Below the pieces are notes generated by a model, which had not been told where the DNA came from, did no database searches, and was given only the letters and a program-made list of their open reading frames with translations. Made by a program: the position numbers and the translations under genes. A stretch of 64,000 bases of DNA from Chloroflexota bacterium (lineage in GTDB: Bacteria > Chloroflexota > Anaerolineae > Aggregatilineales > Ch27). Below, one piece after another: positions 8,768-18,704 of the stretch (positions are counted from its first letter, which is position 1; each line of letters begins with the position of its first letter). The stretch spans positions 65,428 through 129,427 of the forward strand of contig JAIOAT010000005.1 of NCBI GenBank assembly GCA_019873685.1, read 5' to 3'.

Positions 8768-10510
8768 ATGGCAACAAGGTCGCGGCTTTCGATCACTGAC
8801 TTCGTGCACAGTAAAGCGTTTACCATCAGCCTGATCTTTCTGCTGGGTCTCTTTGGCTATGCTCTGGCGCCGGGCGACCTGACACCAGGAGACTACTCAG
8901 CCATAGTCACCGTGAACCTGCCGGATGGAGTCCATACCATCAGCCAGGATTTCACCCTCGGCAGCAGTGGAGGGCAACCCAAGACAACCGAGAGCGTAGC
9001 CGCTTCCTACACCATCAGGGTTAGCGGTCGCGATCAATATGCTTACAAACTGGGCGAACGAATCACCTATCAGGTGGAGGTAACCGACGCCAACGGCACT
9101 CCGATAACCCTGCCTGTTGAGGACGTCAGTTCGATCATCCGCGGCCCTGGCTACGAACAGGTGTTACCGCCAACAGATCGGGCCGGTGAAGCGCTCGTCT
9201 TCACCATGCGCGTCCCCTTCCGGGCGCGTATCACCACCGGCCTCCTGTTCGCAGTGGCCGCTATCTGGCTGACCGAGATCGTGCCCCTTGCGGCGGGGGC
9301 GTTGCTGATTCCGGTGGTTATTGTGGTTGCCGGCGTGACCGATACGACCACCGTTCTACAACCATTTTTCCACCAGATCGTTGTGCTCTTTCTGGCTGGT
9401 TTCCTGATGGCCGAAGCAATGCGCCGCACCGGAATCGATCGGCTCCTCGCGCTATCAATCCTGCGACGTGCCAGCGCCAAACCGACCTATCTGATGCTGT
9501 CGATGATGGCCATCACTGCCTTTCTTTCCATGTGGATGTCTAACACAGCGGCGGTTGCCATCATCATCCCCATCGCTCTGGCCATTCTGAACAAGATACC
9601 AGATGCCCAGACCGGCGGTTTCCACAAGGCGCTGATCCTGGGCGTGGCCTATGCCGCGGCCATCGGCGGAATTGGTTCAGCCATTGGCACACCGGCTAAC
9701 ATTCTGGCTATGACCTTTCTGAGCGAATTTGTGGGCGTCAAGCTGACGTTCAACGACTGGTTCATCTATGGCCTACCGCTGGTAGTAGCCATGGTTCCGA
9801 TCATCTGGATCTACCTGCTGCTAACCTTCCGGGTCTCAGCCCGCTCACAACTGGATCGAAGCGTCTACATCCAGGAACTCGAAGACCTGGGTCCCCTCAA
9901 CCGTTCCCAGAAGATCATCTTCGCCGTGTTTGTCGTGGTTGTCCTGCTGTGGCTGACCGAGAATACGCACAACGTCCACGCCTCGATTATCGCCCTAGCT
10001 GGCGCCCTGGTCCTGTTCTTCACAGAAATCCTGCACCGCGACGATCTCAACCGGATCAACTGGGACGCCCTGCTCACGTTTGGCGGCGGGCTTTCCATTG
10101 GGAATCTCCTGGTGATCACGGGTGTCTCAGACTGGATAGCGCTTCAATTGATCGGCCTGGTGAACCTGCCTCAGATCGTCGTGATCTTTCTGATCGGCGT
10201 ATTGACCGTCACCGTTGGCGCCTTCATCTCCAACACAGCGTGCGCAGCTATGCTCATCCCGTTGGCCATCCCTCTGGCGCGCATTCTGCAGATCGATCCT
10301 CGTCTGCTGGTCGCGGTGGTGGCCATTGCTTCGTCGATCGATTTCGCCCTGGTAGTCGGCACGCCGCCAACCATGATGGCGTACTCAACCGGATTTTTCA
10401 AAACCAGCGAGATCTTTCGGCGCGGGATCGTGCTCGATCTCATTGGAGTGGCGCTGCTTACGCTGGGCATGATCTGGATCTGGCGGCTGTTCGGCGCAGT
10501 GAGTTTCTGA
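8768..10510 (+). CDS. SLC13/DASS-family (divalent anion:Na+ symporter, ArsB/NhaD superfamily) permease with about 150-aa N-terminal extracytoplasmic extension
   Basis: Multi-TM body with the duplicated SNTA hairpin motifs (MWMSNTAAVAIIIPIA and FISNTACAAMLIPLA) typical of DASS transporters. The N-terminus has one TM followed by a beta-rich segment. Confidence 0.85.
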   Translation: MATRSRLSITDFVHSKAFTISLIFLLGLFGYALAPGDLTPGDYSAIVTVNLPDGVHTISQDFTLGSSGGQPKTTESVAASYTIRVSGRDQYAYKLGERITYQVEVTDANGTPITLPVEDVSSIIRGPGYEQVLPPTDRAGEALVFTMRVPFRARITTGLLFAVAAIWLTEIVPLAAGALLIPVVIVVAGVTDTTTVLQPFFHQIVVLFLAGFLMAEAMRRTGIDRLLALSILRRASAKPTYLMLSMMAITAFLSMWMSNTAAVAIIIPIALAILNKIPDAQTGGFHKALILGVAYAAAIGGIGSAIGTPANILAMTFLSEFVGVKLTFNDWFIYGLPLVVAMVPIIWIYLLLTFRVSARSQLDRSVYIQELEDLGPLNRSQKIIFAVFVVVVLLWLTENTHNVHASIIALAGALVLFFTEILHRDDLNRINWDALLTFGGGLSIGNLLVITGVSDWIALQLIGLVNLPQIVVIFLIGVLTVTVGAFISNTACAAMLIPLAIPLARILQIDPRLLVAVVAIASSIDFALVVGTPPTMMAYSTGFFKTSEIFRRGIVLDLIGVALLTLGMIWIWRLFGAVSF

Positions 10511-10575
10511 CCGGGCGCGCAAGGAGACGCCCTTCGATGGCGCGCCCGCGCCGTCTGAACAAGCAAAGTCATTGG

Positions 10576-10619
10576 CTGCAATTTGACGAATAAGCCAACA
10601 GCGCTACACTAAATTGCAG
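10576..10619 (+). promoter_or_regulatory. Candidate promoter (-35 TTGACG 10583-10588, 16-nt spacer, -10 TACACT 10605-10610) bracketed by a perfect 9-bp inverted repeat CTGCAATTT / AAATTGCAG
   Basis: Read directly: CTGCAATTT at 10576-10584 and its exact reverse complement at 10611-10619, 25-35 nt upstream of the Lrp-family gene. Confidence 0.45.
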
Positions 10620-10643
10620 AATAACCATAATCTATCAACTGTC

Positions 10644-11144
10644 ATGAGCGAATCTCCTAAAGATCAAATGCTCGACGAAATCGATTACCGCATCCTTGAG
10701 CTGCTCCAGGCCAACGGGCGCACAAGCAACGCCGACCTCGCCCGGCAACTGAAGCTCTCACCACCAGCCATCCATGCTCGCCTGCGACGCCTGGAAAATC
10801 AGGGAGTCATCCGCGGTTACGTCGCCCTGCTAGACCGCGAACAGCTGGGCTATGACATGCTGTGCTTCATCAACGTCGCCATTCAGGTGCACCAGCCGCA
10901 GGCTGTCGAACAGTTTCGCCTCGCCGTAAGGCAGATGCCCGAAGTGCTGGAATGCCACCACGTGACCGGCGAATACGACTATCTGCTCAAAGTGGCCGTC
11001 CGCAACCGGAAGGAACTGGAGCGTTTTGTCCTGGACCAACTCACGCCCATTCCCGGGATTGCCAAGATCTATACCAGCCTGGTACTCCGAGAGATCAAAG
11101 TCTCAACAGCCATTCCCATCAATCGATCGCCCGACGGCACATGA
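10644..11144 (+). CDS. Lrp/AsnC family transcriptional regulator
   Basis: HTH region DEIDYRILELLQANGRTSNADLARQLKLSPPAIHARLRRLENQGVIRGY followed by a RAM/ASNC ligand domain. I chose the start at the first ATG; the track start at 10614 is TTG. Confidence 0.9.
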   Translation: MSESPKDQMLDEIDYRILELLQANGRTSNADLARQLKLSPPAIHARLRRLENQGVIRGYVALLDREQLGYDMLCFINVAIQVHQPQAVEQFRLAVRQMPEVLECHHVTGEYDYLLKVAVRNRKELERFVLDQLTPIPGIAKIYTSLVLREIKVSTAIPINRSPDGT

Positions 11145-11151
11145 CTGCTGA

Positions 11152-12600
<1,449 letters not shown>

Positions 12601-12627
12601 CTCCCGCGCCAGCTTCACACACCACAA

Positions 12628-12669
12628 CAGCCTGCGGCTGGATTTCTCCTCGCAGGCTGTTTGCTTTTT
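12628..12669 (+). terminator. Rho-independent terminator after the lyase gene
   Basis: CAGCCTGCG (12628-12636) pairs with CGCAGGCTG (12651-12659), followed by TTTGCTTTTT. Confidence 0.6.
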
Positions 12670-12683
12670 CGCTGTCAGGTTTC

Positions 12684-13065
12684 GGCGGTGGCCAAGTTGA
12701 CCTGTAAGCCGCATTCTGTACTCCGCATACACGGAGCGACGGTCATCTCTCTAGCCCCGGCGTTACCGCCGGGGTCAAGCAGCCTACCCGGCGCTCAAGC
12801 GAGACGGGCCGCCTCTCGCGCCTGTTTGGCCTTGCTCCCGGTGGGGTTTGCCTGGCCGTTGCTGTCACCAGCAACGCCGGTGCGCTCTTACCGCACCGTT
12901 TCACCCTCGCTCGCACCTTCCGGCGCGGGCAATCTACCTCTCTGTGGCACTATGCCGTCAGGTCACCCTGCCTGGCCGTTAGCCAGCACCGTGCCCTGTG
13001 GAGTGCGGACTTTCCTCGTCATGGGCACGCCATGCCGCGACCGTCCGATCAACTCAGCCACCACC
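12684..13065 (-). ncRNA. rnpB: RNase P RNA, bacterial type A
   Basis: The minus strand carries the universal blocks GAGGAAAGTCCG (CR-I/P4), GGGTGAAACGGTGCGGTAAGAGCGCACC, CGGGTAGGCTGCTTGA and ACAGAATGCGGCTTACAG (CR-V). A P1 helix forms between 5' GGTGGCTGAGTTGATC and 3' GGTCAACTTGGCCACC. Ends are accurate to within a few nt. Confidence 0.93.
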
Positions 13066-13070
13066 CGTGT

Positions 13071-13079
13071 ATTATACCA
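13071..13079 (-). promoter_or_regulatory. Extended -10 promoter element TGGTATAAT for rnpB
   Basis: Minus-strand TGGTATAAT lies 6-8 nt upstream of the inferred 5' end of the P1 helix. No good -35 is present, which is consistent with an extended -10 type. Confidence 0.5.
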
Positions 13080-13108
13080 TGGCGCCGGGCGGAAAACGGT
13101 CGCGCCGC

Positions 13109-14035
13109 CTATCGCGTTCCCGTCCGTCCTCGCTCAGCTTGCATGGTTACATGCATCACACCTTCAGGGCCACGCCACGCTACCGCCATATACGGGGTAT
13201 TGTGCGCAAAGCCCACGTTGCCATGGCGGTCCAGCACAATGAGGCCGCCTTCCCCATTGACCCGCTCGCGCAGAATCTGCAGGGCGCGGTCGGCAGCCTC
13301 CTGCGCGGTAAGCCCTGATGCCACTGCATCAGTGGCCGTCTTGCTCAAGAGCACCCGCATGATCGCTTCGCCATGCCCGGTTGCCGAAGCGCCGCCGGAG
13401 AGATTGTCCGCATACGCCCCCGATCCAACCAGCGGCGAATCGCCCACGCGCCCCGGCAGCTTGAAGGCGATCCCGCCGGTAGAGGTAGCCGCCGCAATAT
13501 TGCCGAACTGATCCATAGCCACCGCACCGACCGTATCATGCCCGATCAGCGCCAGCTTACGCGCCCGCATCGCCGCCTGCTGAAATTCCCGGTAACGCGC
13601 CACTTCACGCGGAACCGTCAGTTCTGCCTGGCTACACAGGCGCAGGCCAATCCGGGCCGCATACTGGCGAGCGCCTTCGCCCACCAGAATATTGTGCCCG
13701 GATTCCTCCATGATCCGCCGCGCCAGGGTGACCGGGTTGGCAATCCCACGTACCGCCGCTACCGCGCCCAGCCGCAATTGGGCGCCATCCATGATCATCG
13801 CATCCAGCTCGATCTCGCCTTCGGAGTTGAGCACACTGCCGACACCAGCGTCAAAGGTCGGGTTGTCCTCCATCTCACGAACGGCGGCTTCCACCGCGTC
13901 AAGCGCTGACTGCCCCCGTTCCAATAGCCGCCAGCCAGTTTCAAACGCCACACGGCAGCCAGCCAGATAGTCCTGATGTTCCGCCGGTGGGATATCCCCG
14001 GCGCCGCCGTGTACAATCAATGCGGGTACAGGCAT
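13109..14035 (-). CDS. iaaA: Isoaspartyl peptidase / L-asparaginase (plant-type, Ntn hydrolase)
   Basis: LIVHGGAG start, autoprocessing/nucleophile block GHDTVGAVAMD, and STGG..PGRVGDSPLVGSG and ATGHGE blocks. Confidence 0.9.
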   Translation of the reverse strand: MPVPALIVHGGAGDIPPAEHQDYLAGCRVAFETGWRLLERGQSALDAVEAAVREMEDNPTFDAGVGSVLNSEGEIELDAMIMDGAQLRLGAVAAVRGIANPVTLARRIMEESGHNILVGEGARQYAARIGLRLCSQAELTVPREVARYREFQQAAMRARKLALIGHDTVGAVAMDQFGNIAAATSTGGIAFKLPGRVGDSPLVGSGAYADNLSGGASATGHGEAIMRVLLSKTATDAVASGLTAQEAADRALQILRERVNGEGGLIVLDRHGNVGFAHNTPYMAVAWRGPEGVMHVTMQAERGRTGTR

Positions 14036-14188
14036 ACTTTCCTCGCCTTCCAGACCGCCTACACCTCAACATCAACCCAGCTCGTCAGCAGACGGCCATT
14101 TTACCACACCTTCACGCGGACGGTTGCAGAGCGCGCCTGCGCCGCTATACAATCCGCACATCTCAGTATCGCACCGGGTTACGGATTC

Positions 14189-15310
14189 ATGCATCAGATG
14201 ACCACCAGACAGCCGGTAGCAGCCTACCTGTGGCGCCCCTGGATGATCTGCCTGCTGGCAGCGCTGCTGTATCTGACTGCTGTCTTCCTTGCTCATGGCT
14301 CCAACGCGCTGACCTTCGTCACACTGGGCACCCGCTTCACTGAGCACGATCCCACCGGCACAGAAGGGTACGACGGTCAATTCACCTACTTCATTGCCCG
14401 CGACGGTTGGGATGCAGCGCCCCTGCTGGACGTACCGGCATACCGCTTTCAGCGCATCCTCCTCCCGGCGCTGGCTGGCGCGTTAGCCTTCGGCAATCCG
14501 AATCTACTGCCCTGGCTACTGCCCGCATTGAATCTGGCAGCGCTGATCGCAGGGGTTTACCTGCTGGAAGGGCTGCTGAGCGCCCGTGGGGTGAGTCGCT
14601 GGTATGCGCTCATCTATGGGCTTTTCCCCGGCGTCCTGATGTCGGTACGCCTCAGCCTCAACGAACCATGGGCGTATGGGCTGGTATTGGCAGCTATCTG
14701 GCTCCGCGAAAATGGCCGCTTCTGGCTGGCAGCGGTCGCCTGTGCGCTGGCGGCGCTGGCCAAAGAGACTACCCTGGTCTTTGCCGCTGGCTTTGTCCTC
14801 TGGGAACTGGCTTCGCGGCGCTGGCTGGCGGGATTCACCTTCGGACTGCTGGCTGTTCTGCCATTCGCGGTATGGCAGGTAGTGCTGACCGTTCACCTTG
14901 GTACTCCCGGTCTCGGCTCCGGTGGCGACCTGGCCACACCCTTTGAGGTCATCCCTTTCAATGGCTTTCTGCGTATCTACACAGACACCGGCAACCTGCG
15001 CGTATTCACCGCGTTCGCTGTGTTTCTGCTGCCCACGGCTATCGGGCCGACGCTATGGGCCGTCTGGCGCACCCTGCATGACCTTATCCACGGAGAGCGG
15101 GCGCTGGAGGTCTTTCTGCTTCTGGCAAACGCTGCGATATTACCCTTTGTGCCCTTCAGTACTTACCGGGAACCGCTGGGCATGGTGCGTATGCTGGTGG
15201 GGCTGGTCATCGCGGTGCTGTTGTATGGCGCCTGGCAGCGCAACCGGCGCGTCCTGCGCTACAGCAGTCTGTGGCTGGCGCTGCTGGCCCTGGCCGTGAT
15301 CAGCGGTTGA
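14189..15310 (+). CDS. Polytopic membrane protein, GT-C/DUF2029-like putative glycosyltransferase
   Basis: Has 10 or more hydrophobic segments and a periplasmic-loop motif EGYDGQFTYFIARDGWD. I moved the start to ATG 14189 because the track start (13976) would overlap the divergent iaaA gene by 60 nt. Confidence 0.55.
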   Translation: MHQMTTRQPVAAYLWRPWMICLLAALLYLTAVFLAHGSNALTFVTLGTRFTEHDPTGTEGYDGQFTYFIARDGWDAAPLLDVPAYRFQRILLPALAGALAFGNPNLLPWLLPALNLAALIAGVYLLEGLLSARGVSRWYALIYGLFPGVLMSVRLSLNEPWAYGLVLAAIWLRENGRFWLAAVACALAALAKETTLVFAAGFVLWELASRRWLAGFTFGLLAVLPFAVWQVVLTVHLGTPGLGSGGDLATPFEVIPFNGFLRIYTDTGNLRVFTAFAVFLLPTAIGPTLWAVWRTLHDLIHGERALEVFLLLANAAILPFVPFSTYREPLGMVRMLVGLVIAVLLYGAWQRNRRVLRYSSLWLALLALAVISG

Positions 15311-15320
15311 GGTGTATCAA

Positions 15321-16748
15321 TCACTGACCGGCGAAGGTGAGCATCCGGCCAATCGTGCGGATCGCGATCTGCAGGTCCAACAACAGTGACCGGTGCCGGA
15401 TGTAGTACAGATCGTATTGCAGCTTGATCAGGTGGTCTTCCAGCGAATTGGCGTAGGCGTAACGTACCTGCGCCCAGCCAGTGATTCCCGGCTGAACAGC
15501 CAGCCTGGCCCGATAGAATGGGATTTCCCGCGTCAGCGCGTCAATGAATTCCGGGCGTTCCGGGCGCGGGCCGATCATGCTCATCTCGCCGCGTAACACA
15601 TTCCACAGCTGCGGGACCTCGTCCAGCCGGCTGCGACGCAAAAAACGCCCAACCCGCGTGATCCGGGGATCGTTCCTGGCGGCAAATACGGCGCCTGTCT
15701 CCTGCTCCGCATTGGGGATCATGGTGCGCAGCTTGATCACTTTGAAGTGGCGTCCGCCCCGGCCAACGCGCTCCTGCCGGAAAAAGATCGGGCCGGGCGA
15801 ATCCAGCCGCATGGCAGGAGCCAACACAAGCAGGATCGGGACAAACAGCGCCAGCCCGCTCAGCGCCATGATGACATCAAGCAGCCGCTTCAGCACCGGA
15901 TATGGGTCAAAAATCGAGGAAGTCTCGATCGGCAGGACAATGGCCCAGTCTTTGCCTACGTACTGCACCGGGACTCGTCCGGTCAACCGTTCATACAGGA
16001 TAGCCATGGGCACAATGGAAATACCCTGCTGGTAGCAATCCATGACACCCTGAAACAGATCACCGCTCAGTTCGCATGGCGTGGCGACAATCAGTTCGGC
16101 CACATCATAGCGGCGTGCCAGGGATAGCATCTCGCCGCCGCTACCCAGCACCGGCACACCGGCCACTGACCGCCCGCGATCCTGATCCCCGCCGACGACG
16201 CCGATAACCTGATACTGGCCGGGGGCATAGGCCTCGATCGCCTCGATGATCGTGGTCGCGCCCCAATCCGCGCCAACCACCAGTGCGTGGCGTTTTTCGC
16301 TGGCCCAACCCATGAGGTACGGACGCCACAGCCGCCACAAGGCGATCAGTACAAACGATGCGACACCATAGTACAGGATGAACAGACGCGGCAAAGCGTC
16401 ACGGGGCGACAGGAAGAAGATGATCAGGTAGACCACCAGCAGCTGCAACGTAACCGCCAGTAGACGATTGAGAGTCGCGGCATGGCTCGAGGCAAGCTGG
16501 AGATCGTAAAGATCATTCGCTGAGGCTAGCATCAGCCACAGTGCGGGCAGGATCACCAACCAGTGTGACTCTTCCAGAATGAAGGCCAGTGTGTACGGGC
16601 GACGGCGATCAACCAGCGACCAGATGAACAGCGCGATCAGCACGGCTGCTACTGTCGCCGCCACATCCCCCGCCCGCAGGAGTAACCGCCGTTCGGAGAT
16701 TCGAAACTGCGGGCGCCGCCTTCTGGATGGCCTCGGTTCGAAGAACAT
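15321..16748 (-). CDS. Polyprenyl-phosphate sugar phosphotransferase (WbaP/EpsL-type bacterial sugar transferase, initiating enzyme)
   Basis: C-terminal catalytic domain reads [70 protein letters not shown], preceded by 4-5 TM segments and a Rossmann-like linker domain. Confidence 0.9.
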   Translation of the reverse strand: [475 protein letters not shown]

Positions 16749-16792
16749 GGCCGCCTTAGCTGTCTATCTGCTACCCGGCGCTGCCGCCCATT

Positions 16793-18694
16793 CTAGCATT
16801 GCTGCTGGCCGGACGCGCCAAGCCGGTTCCCTGCACGTACACGATCACGCCCCCAGAGCGCCAGACAGATTGCCAGTGACAAGCCAGAAACCAGCACCCC
16901 CGTGACAAGAGCCTGCTCACCAAACGGCTCCTGAGTCACATACTCGTCAGCACCCAATACAACCAGGCCGTCATCAGCGTACCTGGCCTCAAGCGCGCTG
17001 ACGGCCTCGGCATAGGTCTGCGTTACAAGTGGTTCGAAGTTGTTGACCATCGGCTGGCGGTCAAGCAGGTTCAGGTTAGGCAGCAATGCAGCCCGTAGCT
17101 CCGGCCAGCGATCCACAGCCCGCCGGTAGTCCCGGAAATCGAAGAATTCCTCATACATCAGCCGTTGTTGCAGTGTCTGCGGCATGTACAGCATTGGCGC
17201 ATCAGCAGCGACCGGGCGCGGTGCAAAGAACTCGGCGGGCACAGTCGGGTTCAAACCGCGAAACGCCCAGAAGAGATCCGCCGCGATGAAGACCAGAACC
17301 GCGATTTCCCAGTGCGAACCACGCCGGGACGATTTCTCGATCGGGCGCAGCAACGCTAGAGCCGCACAACCTGCGCTGAGAATTCCCAGTCCGATCACCG
17401 CCCGGCCCATCACCTGCAACGGGGAGTCAACAGGCACCAGCCAGCATTCAGCGATGGCACCCATCACGGCCATGGCGCATCCCCCCGCCAGAAACAGGCG
17501 GTTCCAGAACACACGACGCGAGCCGCATCCCCAGGCGTAGCTGACCCCCGTGCCTGCCAGCAGACTGACCGGGAGTACAAACAGGATCAGCCATCGCACC
17601 GGCCCCTGGAAAGCTTGAAACGTGGGCACGTACCGGTAAAGGAGCGGGAACAGAAAGCCGTTCTTACCCAGCGCAATCAGGAAGGCTACGATAGCCATAC
17701 CGGCCCAGAAGGGCACATCCCGCCTGAGCCGCCCACCCTCCTCCGGGGTCGCCCGTCGGTTCGCCCACCATCCAACCACGCTCAGCGCCGCCACCAGGGG
17801 CAACACGCCCATGTACGCGGCATCCTCAAAGTATGCGCCCCCGGTCAGGTAACTGCCGTCTGCCGGTGTACCGTACAGATTGGGTGCGAGCAATGTCAAT
17901 GAACGCTCCAACGTGTAACTGAAGTTGGTCGTCCAGTCGTAATGTAGCCCGTTGGCGCGCGCCGATCGGGCATACAGTTCAGCTGTAGGAAGCAGCTGTG
18001 CTGCTGCCAGCCCGACACCCAGCAGCAGCCCTCCGCTTACCCTGGCCCACATCTTCCAGCGCTCTCTCCGCTGAACGTGCGCACCCGTCCAGACGATATA
18101 GGCAGCCACACCTACCAGCCCGTAAAAGGTTGTCTGAGCATGGCCGGCCAGGAGCTGCATGGCCGCAACCAGGGCAAGACCGGCAACACGGCCCGCTCCG
18201 CCTTCCCTTGTTCTGTCTGCTGCCCAGAACAGCCATGGCAACCAGGCCGCAGCAGCCACTGTCGGGAATGAACCCAATCGGGCAATCAGGTAGCCACTAA
18301 GAGAAAACGCCAGTGCACTGACCGCTCGTCCAAAACCCGGCATGCCCAGGCGGCCAGTGAAGTACCAGACGCCTGCCGCAGCCCACACAATATGCGCGAC
18401 TGCCAGCAGGTTCATCGCCACCACGTCGGGCAGAATCAAATGCAACCAGTTCGGGGGATAAAGGATCGCAGTTTGGTAGTTAGCCAGCAATGGCGCGCCA
18501 CCACCGTTGTACGGATTCCACAGCGGCAGGCGTCCGGCCCGCAACTCTGCAAAGGCGTAAGCCCGCCAGGGATAGAACTGAAGCGCTGGCAACCCCCAGA
18601 AGAGCGTCTCACCGGCCAGTAATGGCCACAACCACCCCAGCAGAACCAGCCCTAGCAGGCCAAATAGCACCCGCGCATGCCAGCGAGCAGCCAT
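16793..18694 (-). CDS. YfhO-family polytopic membrane protein (putative glycopolymer glycosyltransferase)
   Basis: The N-terminal block FWGLPALQFYPWRAYAFAELRAGRLPLWNPYNGGGAPLLANYQTAILYPPNWL matches the YfhO family opening. There are 12 or more TM segments. Confidence 0.7.
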   Translation of the reverse strand: MAARWHARVLFGLLGLVLLGWLWPLLAGETLFWGLPALQFYPWRAYAFAELRAGRLPLWNPYNGGGAPLLANYQTAILYPPNWLHLILPDVVAMNLLAVAHIVWAAAGVWYFTGRLGMPGFGRAVSALAFSLSGYLIARLGSFPTVAAAAWLPWLFWAADRTREGGAGRVAGLALVAAMQLLAGHAQTTFYGLVGVAAYIVWTGAHVQRRERWKMWARVSGGLLLGVGLAAAQLLPTAELYARSARANGLHYDWTTNFSYTLERSLTLLAPNLYGTPADGSYLTGGAYFEDAAYMGVLPLVAALSVVGWWANRRATPEEGGRLRRDVPFWAGMAIVAFLIALGKNGFLFPLLYRYVPTFQAFQGPVRWLILFVLPVSLLAGTGVSYAWGCGSRRVFWNRLFLAGGCAMAVMGAIAECWLVPVDSPLQVMGRAVIGLGILSAGCAALALLRPIEKSSRRGSHWEIAVLVFIAADLFWAFRGLNPTVPAEFFAPRPVAADAPMLYMPQTLQQRLMYEEFFDFRDYRRAVDRWPELRAALLPNLNLLDRQPMVNNFEPLVTQTYAEAVSALEARYADDGLVVLGADEYVTQEPFGEQALVTGVLVSGLSLAICLALWGRDRVRAGNRLGASGQQQC

Positions 18695-18704
18695 AACCCA
18701 CCGC

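Noticed and set aside
12661-13511. Plus-strand ORFs 12661..13242, 12998..13318 and 13032..13511.
   Set aside because: They overlap the RNase P RNA gene and the 3' part of iaaA. Their sequences are Pro/Ala/Arg/Ser-rich and not protein-like.
16690-16745. GGTTCGAA / GATTCGAA strings resembling tRNA T-loops.
   Set aside because: They lie inside the 5' end of the sugar-transferase CDS, and no acceptor or anticodon stems can be drawn. No intergenic gap in the window shows a tRNA-like cloverleaf.
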